From: Enoplolaimus lenunculus
Lineage: Eukaryota
Reading direction: 5' to 3'
DNA: 64,000 nucleotides
Assembly (NCBI GenBank): GCA_030248215.1
Contig: JASANG010000864.1
Coordinates: 62,001-126,000, forward strand
The notes under the pieces: model-generated
What the model saw: only the letters and a program-made list of their open reading frames with translations
Databases searched by the model: none
Told to the model about the DNA's origin: nothing
Part shown: piece after piece, positions 24,556 through 37,395 of the stretch
Position numbering within the stretch: the stretch's first letter is position 1
Layout of the letters: the number at the start of each line of letters is the position of its first letter
Position numbers and translations under genes: made by a program

Positions 24556-26288
24556 TTTGAACGACTCATTGAAATATTAACTGACTTAAAATAGGAATTT
24601 TAGTTTAGCTGAAAAATTATTACAAAACATCGGTGTAGATTGCTGGAGATCATTAAAAGCTACCTTGCGAACCACGGGTACACGAGTTAACTGCTACTAT
24701 AGGCCACAAGTATCATTTGCTAATTTACGGCAACTTTAACAAAAAGTGGTCAGCGTGTGGATTAAAGGTCTCGCCATTAAGCCTAAATTTAAACCTAAAC
24801 CTACGCCTACGTAGGAACCTAAACACAGGCCTAGTCTTAATCCTTCTATTAGCCTATTAATCTCTAAGTCCCCCGTCTTCTTGTCTTCCATTGGGTACAG
24901 TTCATGTAGTTATCATGATCGCAAAAAGTTGATCTAAATTTACCAAAGTAGCAGAAATTGCAGTGCGTTTTAAAATCCAATTTATGCGCGATTCGCTAGG
25001 TCCGTAAACAAGGGCGGTGGTAGGGGGGATGGCCCCCCTGGAAAAATTTTGGCGCCCCCCTTAGAAAATTTTCAACCCTGCTTATAACTCATTGAAAACC
25101 CTTGAATGCCCCTCATCAAAATTTTTAGCCCCCTCATCAAGTTGAGCTGCCTACGGGCCTGAATTCTGAATAAACAAATTCGTAACGAAAAATACCACTT
25201 GATTTATTACAAGAGCAGTGTTAAGTTTTCATTATACCTCAAAATGTAAAATTAATGTAAAGTGAGCTGGCTACGCACCTGGATTCGCTGTAAATTCTCG
25301 GAGAATTTTGTTGCAATTCATTATATATCGTAGATTATTTTGAGGAAAACAAACTTTTATGTCACCGAATGTTATTACGAAATTTCAACTACCGGTAAAA
25401 TTCGACAATCACAGTTCAAACTATTTCAATTTTTTACGTATTTAATACTAAAATTGACGGCCAAATTGGTGATAAAACGCGTAACTGGCTTTGGCACGTT
25501 TATAGCATGATTTTATAAGGCATGAAGCGAGACGCTATTTTGTTAAGTAATATACGATCACACGTACCTGTTACAATTTATCATATCCGGCTACATTTTG
25601 CTGCAATGACACTAATTTTAACCTGGGTATCTTAGAAATAATAAATAGTATATAATTTGATACTACTAGTCAGGGTTGTTGGCCGGAAAAGTTACCGGAA
25701 AAATGGATTTTTTTCCATTTTTTTCCATTTTTTTCCGAGGGAGTGAAAAAAATGGAAAAATATTAAACGATTCTTAAATATAATTTGCAAGTAAATATGA
25801 TATAAAAATGTTTTTACGTCTAGCTTCAAACTCGCTTTGCTCGCGAGGTTGCAGAAATTGCGAGGCTTTGATGTTAAAAACTCAAAAGTATCATGGGATT
25901 TAATATATACTTAAAAACAAGTGTGACTTCTTTAGCTCGCTCCATTCATGAGTTTCTGATGTTGTGATGACCTCCTCCGGTTATTCCACGCCAAAATTTA
26001 AGTTTTTAAAAAATTCGAATTTTAGTTTCCCAAGCATACAGCAAAAATTACGTTTCCCAACTTTGCCAGCTCCACGTCTTAAAGTTTTTGGAAATGCCAC
26101 TGCTCAATAGATATACTAGTCAAGCCTGTAAACATTTCCGTTTCCTTCACGTAGAAAACTTGAATATTCCCACAAAAGCAGTGTTGAATGTAACGTCGAA
26201 ATCAGTATTTATCGTCAGACGCAATTTTAACACTGAAAAATCTTTGAATCTCCTTAAAAATTTAAACTCATGTGTGATGCAATCGATC

Positions 26289-26464
26289 CGGACTCTACCT
26301 AAGGAAGAGGGCCAGGGGGGCTCAGCCCCCCATGGAAAATTTTTGCCCCCCCCCCGCTAGAAAATTTTCAACCTTGCTTGTAAGTCATTGAAAACCCTTA
26401 AATGCTCGTCCTGAAAATTTTTCAGCCCCCCCCCCCCCAGCAAAGTAAACGGGCTACGGGCCTG
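26289..26464. mobile_element. hAT-like MITE with G/C homopolymer runs
   Basis: Perfect 8-bp TSD aatcgatc. Related elements at 24998-25281 (TSD gattcgct), ~20658-20820, ~3005-3168 and ~21716-21860. Confidence 0.7.
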
Positions 26465-27063
26465 AATCGATCGAAAGTTAAATTTCAAAGATTGCGGCAG
26501 CAGTCAAATCAAAATGTTTTAAAAAAATCAAACGCAAGCTTGCATTAAACACAATGGTAAATTTCTATAGCAAAATCAGCAAATACAACAAAGCTCAACT
26601 TATAGACAACAAAACCTAGTTTTATATTTGAAACTTTAGATGTGAACAAGTACGAATGTTAACCGAATTTTCACCATCAAAAGTTAACGGGGTTAAACGC
26701 TTACAACGGTATGGGATTTTTTAAACGTAGCTTAAAAATGTGGACCCACTACCAGATCCAGCGATGGAAGCGCCATACGACCCGTCGTCCGAAAATTTCT
26801 TTTGGTAAAATGGTACCGTTCCTACTTTACATCATTGTCCGTGAGAAAATTGGCACATATAGAGCAAGCAAGCAGTAAAATCTCGCGTTTCATAACGTTT
26901 GCCAGCCCGGCCGCTTCCCGTCAAAAATGTCAGTATCTGCCACACTTGGTGGACCAATGAATGTTTGAATCACTAGATTTGTATGTATGATACATATATA
27001 GATATACATGATATAGATACATTTATATACATATAGCTGCAATTAGCATTGATAGTCAAACAG

Positions 27064-27405
27064 ACCAGGGCCAATGCCAGTCAAACGGGCAGGTGTCAAT
27101 GCCACTCAAACGGACCAGTGCCAATGCCAGTCAAACGGGCAGGTGTCAATGCCACTCAAACGGACCAGTGCCAATGCCAGTCAAACGGGCAGGTGTCAAT
27201 GCCACTCAAACGGACCAGTGCCAATGCCAGTCAAACGGGCAGGTGTCAATGCCACTCAAACGGACCAGTGCCAATGCCAGTCAAACGGGCAGGTGTCAAT
27301 GCCACTCAAACGGACCAGTGCCAATGCCAGTCAAACGGGCAGGTGTCAATGCCAGTCAAACGAGTTAGTGCCTATGCCAGTCAGACGGTCCAGTGCCAAT
27401 GCCAG
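27064..27405. repeat. 50-bp minisatellite built from two related 25-mers, about 6.5 units
   Basis: gccactcaaacggaccagtgccaat + gccagtcaaacgggcaggtgtcaat recurs at 27101, 27151, 27201, 27251 and 27301. Confidence 0.95.
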
Positions 27406-27880
27406 TAACGTAATGATCAATTTGAGGCTTTGAGACTCTATTAACTAAAAATACTATCATATTGCAGCACTAGTGTTTACGAGTTTGTATAAAACAGAAT
27501 TTTACAGCACAGAGTAAAACTTGACCAAACCCAGCTTTAAATTTGCAAAATCTTTCATGTGTGATATACACTTTCGAACTGAAATTTAGGCAACGTTTCC
27601 AGCGTGCGCTGTCGATATATGCATATGGTCTGCACGCCGCGTTGTTGGAAAACGCAACTTTTACTCACTTATAGTTGAATCACTGCGGTAAAATTAGTTG
27701 AAAACATATGCGACCTGCGTAGTTTAATTGGTTTATGGAATATTCAAGGTGAAAGACAAGGGATTACAATATTGCATTGTTTGAAACGGTGGGAACAACT
27801 TAAACTTGAAAATTCGTGATCAACAGCCATATTTGCAACATATACGTTTTTCAAAGTAAGCCAACATTCAAAATATCTTA

Positions 27881-29094
27881 CTGTATTGACCCGAATAAGA
27901 GGGGGTAATAAGAGGGGGGTGCCCATTTTGAGTCCGAATCAATAGGAGTCCGTATCCCTAATAAGAATCCGTAAGCGAATAGAGTCCCTAAACCCTAATT
28001 AGAGTTTATAAATGGCAATTAACCCTAATTGTAGCGCATAAATGACTCCAGGTCGAAATAATTTGAGTTCGAAACTTTAAAGCGTACTTAAATTTTAAAA
28101 GTGCATTCCAAAGTTTAACCTTGTATTATCGCTCAAGCTATTGAGACAAGACGAATAAACGTTTAATTCAAAGCATAATTGCAGTACCGGATATATATCA
28201 GTAACGAAGGGCGGCGGTGCGTGGGTTAAAAATAAATAACAGTTCGTAACCGAATAACAAGGGGTGGTACCCTCTGGAGAGGCCAAGTAAATATCAGTCC
28301 CCCCTCTTGTTCGGGTCACTACAGTAACATCTGAGTTATTAATAATCTTCGCGGTCTTTTCGGTTATCCCCGCCAGTCGGTGTTTGTACCAAAATGCTTG
28401 GAATATAAATATTGTTACATTGGGGCGGCTCCAAATCAGTTAATTCGCCATAACTCGTAAGCCAGATGTATGATTGCGGAAAATGTTAACACCATTCAAC
28501 TCAGTTCTGAAAGCTGTGTCGAATAGTTTATAATTTGTCTGAACTTTTTGACAAAAAAGTTTTTGGGTCCCAGGGAGGCCATGAAACCTTGAAAAATAAA
28601 GTCTTTTAACAATTCAAATTTAAGCGTGGAATGATCTGGGAAGATTAGGAGACGCTCAAATACTCTAGTGACCCGAATAAGAGGTGGTATTGATATTTAT
28701 TTGGCGTCTCCAGAGGGTTCCCCTGTTATTTGGTTACAGACTGTTATTCATTTTTAACCAACGCTCCGCCACCCTTCGTTACTGATTCGTATATATCCGG
28801 TACTGCAGTTATCCGTTGAATTAAACGTTTGTTTGGCTTGTTTCAATAGCTTGAGCGATAATGCAAGATAATGTACTTTAAAAACTTAAGTACGCTTTAA
28901 AGTTGCGAACTCAACTATATTTGGTCCTGGAGTCATTTACACACTACAATTGGGATAATTGACATTTATGGACTCTAATAGGGTTCAGGGACTCTAACCG
29001 CTTACGGACTTTTATTAGTGATACGAATCCCTACTGATTGGGACTCAAAATGGGGACCCCCTCTTATTACCCCCTCTTATTCGGGTCATTACAA
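27881..29094. mobile_element. Two ~440-bp TA-flanked MITE copies in inverted orientation (27881-28324 and 28663-29094)
   Basis: Each copy has TIRs similar to ctgtagtgacccgaataagagg and TA flanks; the internal sequences are reverse complements of each other. A partial copy lies at ~6680-6750. Confidence 0.8.
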
Positions 29095-30898
29095 TATGCA
29101 AAAATGTTTCAAAACTCAACCACTTTTTAAGTGGACGCCGACTGGCCGGATAATTGAAAAGACTCAAACTGCGCTTTGTCTGTTGTATTAAAGTATCAAT
29201 AAAGTATATACATACATTATCGTTTTCATTAAAAAACGCGTGAAATTTTGCTACATCTATCAAATATTCAAAACGCTCCAAAATTTATATTTCACAGCTC
29301 TAAAAACTGTGACTATTTTGGCGAAACGTAAAGTCATGTTTGTGTTTTTTTCGCTCGCACATCGACAGAACACACAAAAATTGACGACTGAGTGTGTAAA
29401 CAGAATTAACGCCATGTACGGCCTTACACCACAGGTGCGAGCTATAGTTGAAAACTGATCTCTTTCAAGCTGATAGGTAAACATAGTCTAAGGTACACAG
29501 TCATTTGATACTGAAAAATATTCATTTGAATTGTTTTTCGGGACCCTAAAACAAATTTCGGAACCCGCTTCAAAAAATTTTGATCTCTCCGCCACTGAGA
29601 GTATGTACTGCGTGTTGAATTTCAACAAATGTATTACTGTATGTTAAACTTGAGGGTATTTAACTTGGGGGCGCCGAAATTTAATTACCTATAAGAAAAA
29701 TTGCGATTATTAGAAACCGGATCACACACTTTCACCTCTTACAATGACCGTATTAAAGTTATAGTACTTTTCTGGGGTACGTATGTGCAAAATAGGCCTC
29801 TGTTTTGCCATAACCAGAAATACCTCAATCAAGTTTTCCTTCTTCAGAACATTAGCCTTTCCCGCAACTTTACACCCACCATACGAACGTTTCGGAACCT
29901 CACTTTATGTTCCTTAAGCATATCATTTGACTCGGAGCACCCATTGAAACTAAACTTCCATGCAACATAAACGTTGCGAAAAAGCCAGTAAAATTCCAAT
30001 GCGATTATTTTCATTCAGTTACCGTTACACCGAGTACTTGCGTTTTATAGCTTATTGCAAACACCAAAAAGCTGCCGACTTATTGACGTCATTTTCATTT
30101 GCGTCCGCTTCCCAAAATTAACGTTGGTTTGAATTCTTTTCGTATGCCTTGAACCAGTGCAACAGTTTTTATGCTGAACCAGTAATACTTTCGTTTTCAA
30201 ATAAAACAACAAATATTACGGCTATTTATGCTACGGGTAGGTCGAAAATGTTTTACTGCAAACGCAACGATAAAGGCTACACTGAAGAAACGCGTTTTCA
30301 AACATAGTAATTTTGGAAAACTAACAGTTTCAGATGGCAGAGTTTAAAGTCAAGAACGAAACATCAAATTTTAAGGTCTAAAATTTAGTGAAAGTTTTTT
30401 AGTCTTTCAGTACACATAAGTTTAGGCCGGAGGAGATGATTTATTGACTTTGGGAGCTAACACCATAAGCACAGTACTGGGTTGCAAGAATGTGGTCCTA
30501 TAAAAACACGCCAATTTCTACTTGAATTGTATACGCCGCTCTAGAGGTCATGTTTACAGAAACGGTGGAACAGTATTATAAGCATATCACTAAGTTTATA
30601 TCTAAGCCTAAATTTAAGCGAAAGAATGAGCACATTCCTATGCCTAAGCCAAGCACAAAAATTAGTCCAATGTTTAAGCTTACTCTATTGTAGTCCCACA
30701 GAAAAACTCTCCGCCCCTATGTTGACATGGACCAACAATTTTATTTAAAATCGTCTTCTCCTATAATGTTTCCATTATACACCAGTGTTCCAGTGTTTAT
30801 TTCACAGAATAGCATGTAGCATATGGAACAGAAATGTTATACTGAATAAATCGGTTTCATCAAAAAATATTTTCTTAACAATTATATATTTCAAGTGT

Positions 30899-31076
30899 CT
30901 GCCGTCGGAGCATCCCAAGGTCCCGTCGGAGCATCCCAAGGTCCCGTCGGAGCATCCCAAGGTGCCGTCGGAGCATCCCAAGGTGCCGTCGGAGCATCCC
31001 AAGGTGCCGTCGGAGCATCCCAAGGTCCCGTCGGAGCACCATTAACTGCAATCGGAGCACCCTAACTGCCGTCGGG
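30899..31076. repeat. 21-bp minisatellite (ccgtcggagcatcccaaggt[c/g]), about 6 good and 2 degenerate units
   Basis: Direct reading; it explains the PSEHPKV / GCSDGTL repeat ORFs. Confidence 0.95.
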
Positions 31077-31975
31077 TTACGAATCGATGCCTAAAGAGAT
31101 AATCTCTACAGTAACCTTGTTTAGGTTGCCGTTTTACCGGATGACCACCAAACGCTAAAAGCTTGAACCCTAAACAGTTGAGCCTCAGATTACCTAACAC
31201 GACCCTAAGGCAGTTGTACCACGATGCCTAGAAGACATCGTAAGATACAATCTGTCTAAATCAACCAGTCGAGGTCACCGACACAAACAATGTCAGTAAC
31301 CGAACGAGGTCACTGGCCGATTAGGCGATGACCAGACACAAAGGTCAAACATCTGTATCTGTCATGAACGTCGTAAACGTAAAAAGGGGAACTGTTGAGA
31401 ATTTTGAACTGAGAGAGTAAAGATTTTTGAATACGGATAAAATTTTAAACGATGCAATTAATGCTACTTTAGTGGAATTTGTTCGATGGGTGTACATTAC
31501 AAAACAACATTTGGGAAGGTGAGTCCATAGTCAACTCAACCTGCTATGAGGTTAAAACAATTTTAGAAGCGGCAACTTACTACTAAGACTTTTCTAGGTA
31601 AAAGGCTGCTTCGGGGCGAAAACTTTTCGAGGTGGAAGGCTGAGCCGAGCCCCAACTGCCCGACTGTTTAGCTATCGGTCCGTAAAGAGTGAGTAAAAAC
31701 AAAAGCACCAGCGAATTTTGTTATAGGTGCCAGCAACAGTCATATGTGGTAACTACAGGTAACATTTGTGCTCTTGGCACACCCCGACCCAACAGCTTAC
31801 ACCAAATCCTATGACTGACATATATGTTGTCCCAAGAATTTCGATAGCAGAAACAGGAAGTTTACAACAAGTCGAAATATGACAGTTGTAGCCAGGATAG
31901 AATTATTTTAAAACATCACAATAATTAATGTTATCATTAAAACAGATTTCACAAATTTCGGCACATACAAATTAA

Positions 31976-32759
31976 GTATAAACGGTACTTGTCGGAGCGC
32001 TTTTGTAGTTCCCCCTCGCCATTTACACAAATGTGGGTTGACTTTTTCAGTTGTAACATAAAAATGTTTTATTTTCCTGGTTTTTAAAAGCTGGTTTCTT
32101 GTGGGCAAATTTTTTCGGCAATTTTTGTGTGATGTTTTTCGGGGGGGGGGGGGGGGGGGTGGCTGTCGCCCCTCTTCAAATCCTGCGATTTGAAGGGATA
32201 TTAAGCAGAGTGGGGGCTGCCCGTCTGCAAGCTCTCTGCACTAAACATTTTAATCGAAAGACCAAAAATTGCAATAGTTCTGAAAAGTTATGGCGCGTAT
32301 TTAAAGCGCTTAGAAGGGGGGAGCTTGGGAGCGGAAGCCCCACATCCTGCTTAGTAGCCTTTCAAATCGCAGGTGAAAACGAAACTGTTGTGGTTGGGGA
32401 ACTTTTCCACTGTGGAGGGGGGAACTACAAAGCGCAGTAGAAAAATCTCCACAGACGAGAGCCACCCAGGTCTTGTCAGCGGCAAGCTCCCACAGCTGAT
32501 TGGCCATGATAAATGCCTCACAGCCAATAGGATGCGATTCGATTCTGGTGTGAAATTATAGATCTTTACACAAAATAAAACGATATTCATATGAGAAAGC
32601 GTAAAGCAGACAAAAGTTCCCACCTCAATGTTACACTGTCACTTGCTTAGACTTATAAGCTTAAAATTAGGCGCATATTCTCAGGTTTAAGCTAACGCTT
32701 AGGCTAAGTTTCGTTATGTATGACGGGACACGAGGACCTAAACAAAGTACCGTTTATAC
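31976..32759. mobile_element. Possible non-autonomous DNA element
   Basis: 15-bp perfect inverted repeat gtataaacggtactt/aagtaccgtttatac, plus an internal inverted match (gcgcttttgtagttccccctc versus gaggggggaactacaaagcgc). Confidence 0.35.
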
Positions 32760-33081
32760 GATTTTTCCGGATACAAAATCACAAATTCTTGGTTAAGTTT
32801 TGAGGTTAAAATTTTAGTGTACATGACTCGGTTCTTCACATTTTTATCGCTTTGATTTGTCAGACTGAGATTTGTTTCCCGTGACCGACGAGTTTGCTGC
32901 CTGAAACACTGAATGCATTTCCTGGTTTTCTTGCCATGATTTTGCGAACTTAACCCAAAATAAATTCTCGATTTGTTCTAATAGTATGCTTATAACCAAA
33001 TTGCCTGATCCTTGTAATGAATTCTGGTACAGTTTGTTGCACATTCTTTTAGGAAAGGGCTGCCTAGCCGTAAAGTTTTTT

Positions 33082-33240
33082 CCTAAACCTAAACCTAAAC
33101 CAGCGCATAAACCTATGCCTAAACCAAAGCCTAAACCAAAGTCTAAACCAAAACCTAAACCAAAACCTAGACCTAAGCCTAAACCGAAGCGTAGACCTAA
33201 GCCTAAACCGAAGCCTAAACCTACGCCTACATCTAAGCCT
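33082..33240. repeat. Degenerate interstitial telomere-like hexamer tract (CCTAAG/CCTAAA)n
   Basis: About 26 hexamers; it explains the PKPKPK and RFRLRF ORFs. Confidence 0.85.
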
Positions 33241-36200
33241 GAAAGTTTTAAATAGGTTCAAAACGAAACCGTTCAATAAAGTAAATTCAGATTGTTGTAA
33301 AATTTGATTCCTAAAATCATATATCCGCGCACAACAACAAATTGTTTCAAATTTAATATATACTTGTTTACTTTCCCTCACACCAGTGTTTAGTTAAATT
33401 CAAAGCGAACATACCAACAGTATTTTGATATACTTTATGGCACATGTAAAGATCAGGGGCTGAGAGTTTTTCTGTGGGACTAGAATAGACGCTTAGGCTT
33501 AGGTTTAGGCGTAGGCTTAGGCTTAGACTTAGGAATATGCTTATAATACTGTTCTGCCCCTGTAATTTACATTGACCATCACATGCTCAGGTTGAAGCTC
33601 AAGTTAATAGTCTTTAGGGCTTAGGTGTTTACTCTTAGGTTTAGGTTCAAGTTCGTTAGGCGTGGGAGACATGAAACAAGTACCTAATTCGGTAACAGAC
33701 TTTTGAACCAAAACTGTAACTATCGCGGTGTAACTTCTAACGGTAAAAAATAACGCAAAGTGTTTCATGGTCGAAAACCCAATTAATAAGTTAACAGATA
33801 CAAAAAAAATTGATAAAACCTGCGAAAACTTGACAAAAGTCACATTTCTGCGACCTTATTGGTTATAATTAATCGGCCCATGGTAAAGATCAGGGTCAGA
33901 ACGTTTTTCTGCGGAACTGCAATAGAGTATGCTTAGACTATTTTTTCGTAGGCTTAGGCTTTGTTTTGAACTCAATTCTCACACTTTGGCTTACTCTTAG
34001 GCTTAGGAAAATGCTTATGCTTACACTTAGGCTTAGGAATATTCTTATACTACTGTACTGCATTGTTCTATACTATTCCAATTAATGCGTGCAGCTTGAA
34101 ATACAGCGCGATATAGTTGCCAGTCCATGAATTGTAAGGATGGCACTTATATTTTTCATCTTGTGGTTGAAAGTAAGCACGCCATACTATAAGAATTGGA
34201 ACAAAAAAAATTAAACAATTACATTTATGAATTGAAAACACCCAGTTTTAATGCTACGATGAAGTATTATAAAGACCCAAAACAGCACTACATCAGTGCC
34301 GGAGCAGCCACGGGTGGGGGCTCCCCTCAAATTCCAGGATGGAGGGCCCCAAACTCGCGAGCGGAGCGAGCGTGAAGCCAGACGCCCGGTTAGGGTGGGT
34401 GCCCCTTTAAGGGTGTGCCCCCCCAAATGGGGGTATAAGGGGTGGCTGCTCCGACCCTGCATTACACTAGATGCTTTTGGGGACAATTGATTGAAACATT
34501 TCCTGATGAATTTATACATGAAACCACTTATGGTTACCTGGCTTTTTCCTTTGGCTCCACTTTCGTTGTTGTTGTTGTTGTTGTTCTCACTTTTGCCAAA
34601 TCCGTCACCGTCATTGTAGTGATACTTTTCGATCACTAGAAATACAATCTGATAGTTTTAATCACCGGTTCTGACAGTTGGCTCGGATTTAAGGTTATTT
34701 AATTGCCTTCGGCTTAGGCTTAGGCAAAGGCTTAAGCTATGACTAAGGGTTAACCAAAGGAATATGCTTTCGGTGATTTTTTCCCAAAGCCTCAGCTTAT
34801 ACATTGAAAATACTTGACTACGTCGTTAGGCTTGGCGCTGTGAATTTTTCAGTTAAGCATAAGGGTGCCCTAACGCTCCTAAACTAGGTAGGCTTCGAGA
34901 CTAGGCCGATGTAAAGATCAGGGGCGGAATGTTTTTCTGTGGGACTGCAATTGAGTAAGCTTAATCTTCAGACTTGATCGGTCCCTGTTCTTTACATCGG
35001 CCGAAGACTAAGTAGCAATATGTGTCGGTGGCTATCAGAACTGAGTTTTTGAAGTGATCGTATCAGTGGCAAATACAAAAAGTTTCCACGAAGGCGTGAA
35101 ATATAACACTGAAAAAATAATGAGCGATAAGCCAAACGCAATTTATTTTAAATTTCAACAAATAATTTTGGTTTCGATCTCTATTGGGGAGCCCGTAAGC
35201 CTGGGTGGCACCCGTTGGATACGTCATTGAACGGTGTAAATATAATATTTCGGGTAAAACTTGCAGCTGCGAAATGAAAGTGCACAAACGCTTGCTTACA
35301 CAGCCATAACTTAAAAGTCAGATTTGAACTTAGAATTGTGAGCGTGTTTCGTGCTTTAAAGCTAAACCTTTAATCAGGATAATCGCAGTACAACTCAAGT
35401 TATCGTTGAATTCAATGGCTAGGTTTCTGAAACATTACTTAAACACGACTTTTAGTACTTAAGAACGAGATATGTAATTTTTTTAACCATTTCGTCGTTT
35501 TTAAAAGCGTACTTAGTAAATGCTTTCGTTAAATAATTTTGATAGTAAATGCTTTCGTTAAATAATTTTGATACAGTACAGATTAACCGCTCTACTAAAG
35601 GAAGTCTACTTGAGATTGTACGCTCATGGTGCCGTCTTAATATAAAGCAAAACTATTACTTTTTAGTTATGACAATGGCTTGCATTCGGCGTTTATCTGT
35701 TTTTGTTCAGTAATTTAAGTATTTATATACTTAATATTTCAGAAACCCACCTAATAACAATTTTAGTTCAACCGAAAATGTTGGTAATGATAAGAGAACA
35801 AAATCTGGCATTTGTTTTTCATAAATTTAAAATGAGGGTCGCTATTCCACCAGCAACGTGTGCAACCGCATTTTCGGTTCCGGAATAGAAATCCGGTAAT
35901 TTTCAACATGACATTCCAGTAAAGAAATGCGACATTTTTTTTCATTCCGGCTGCATCGTGTTATATCCGGCCAGTTTTAATAAGGCAACTTCAAAACTTA
36001 CTTTTCCAGTAACGTGGCCTTGAAAAATGCTTTCGCGTTTCTTCGTCATAGTCGCCCACAAGTGTGTACTCCGGCCCTACAAAATACAGTATGAAATTAA
36101 CAAATTTTAAACTTGTTAAAAAAATTTTCTTCACGTATTAAACACTTAAAATCAGTCCTAAATAAATGCGCCTTAAATTCCACAATGATGAACTCAAACC

Positions 36201-36544
36201 AGCATCAGACTGACTGCCAAGCAATGAACTCAACATTGTTTTTTGTAAGCTTCGTCTAAACTAATCCAAGCTTAAATATTGAACTGCTCTAAACTGTAAC
36301 TTTACAACATATTGCAGATATCTGCTAAAATTAACTAATTAACCATCATTTTTACTACCTAATTTCGCCTCCCCTCCGGCTTCGGCAAGTTTAGTTGACC
36401 TCCGGCTCAGGTTCCACGGTTTTTTTCACCTCCGGTTGCACCCTGATACCAGGTTTTAGTTTGCTCCCTGTCGGGGTTACTGGCCTGTGTGGCCACCCTT
36501 GAATCCACCAGTAAATGGCTAACTTTGAAACCAGTTCGGACATT

Positions 36545-37395
36545 GGCCCATGTATAGAACAGGGGCTTCCAGTTTTCCAGGGTGGAAACTTATAACCAGG
36601 AGTGTAGCGTAGCCACTCCTGTATGATGGCCTGATTTTCCACTGGTTTGGTAGGAAAAATTACAGGAATAGGTTTTTCTGGGGAAAAGTGGAAAATTCTT
36701 AAGCCTGGACATCCCTTGGTTCGGTAGGGAAAATCTGTAGTGTAAAGTTTGTTTGTAAAATAAAAAAAGCCGAAATTTTAAAAGTTTAGATTAATTTTGG
36801 GTTGGTAGGGAAAATCTGAAGCATAGGCTTTGGTTGGAAAACGGGACGTGGAAATTTTAAAAGCTTAAAAGCTTAAGGGATACTCTAAGCATTTTAATTT
36901 CCCACTTTTCTTGTTTTCCAAACAAAACCTGGGCTTTAGATTTTAACTACCAACCCAGGGTAAATCTAAGCGTTTAAATTTTCCCATTTTCCAACCAAAA
37001 CATACGCTTCGGGTTTTTCCTACCAACAAACGTGAAATTCTAGGCGTTAAAATTTCCCCCTTTTCCAACAAAAACCTATGCCCTACGCTTGAATTTTTCA
37101 CTTTTCCCGTTTTCCGACCCGAACCACACATCCCTATGTTCCAGGCAAAGCAATCAAAGTGTTCCTTCCCAACCACACTTAGAGAAACCCTATACGTTTA
37201 GCTTTTCCAGTTTTACAAGTTTCCGTACCTCGCCTGGCGTTTGAATTTTCCACTTTTCCCAGCCACACTTATGCTTTTTAATTTTCTACCAAAAACAGCG
37301 GAAGATTTGCCGTCATACAGGAGTGGCTGCGCTGCACTTCTGGTCCTAAGTTTTCCACCGTGGAAAACTGGAAGCCCCTGTGCTATACATTGGCC
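36545..37395. mobile_element. 851-bp foldback element with GGCC termini (Merlin-like)
   Basis: Long imperfect TIRs (ggcccatgtatagaacaggggcttccagttttcca.../...tggaaaactggaagcccctgtgctatacattggcc); perfect 8-bp TSD cggacatt. Confidence 0.85.

Noticed and set aside
27049..27433. Three overlapping Cys/Gln-rich repeat ORFs
   Set aside because: Product of a stop-free 50-bp tandem repeat whose unit is not a multiple of 3; no splice or domain support.
30785..31060. PSEHPKV and GCSDGTL repeat ORFs; possible CRISPR-like array
   Set aside because: A 21-bp head-to-tail minisatellite with no unique spacers, in eukaryotic DNA.
32986..33381. PKPKPK and RFRLRF ORFs
   Set aside because: Translations of degenerate telomere-like hexamers.
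33082..34040. Chromosome end or programmed DNA elimination breakpoint suggested by TTAGGC clusters
   Set aside because: The repeats are short, degenerate, in both orientations and mostly inside MITEs; there is no long perfect terminal array.
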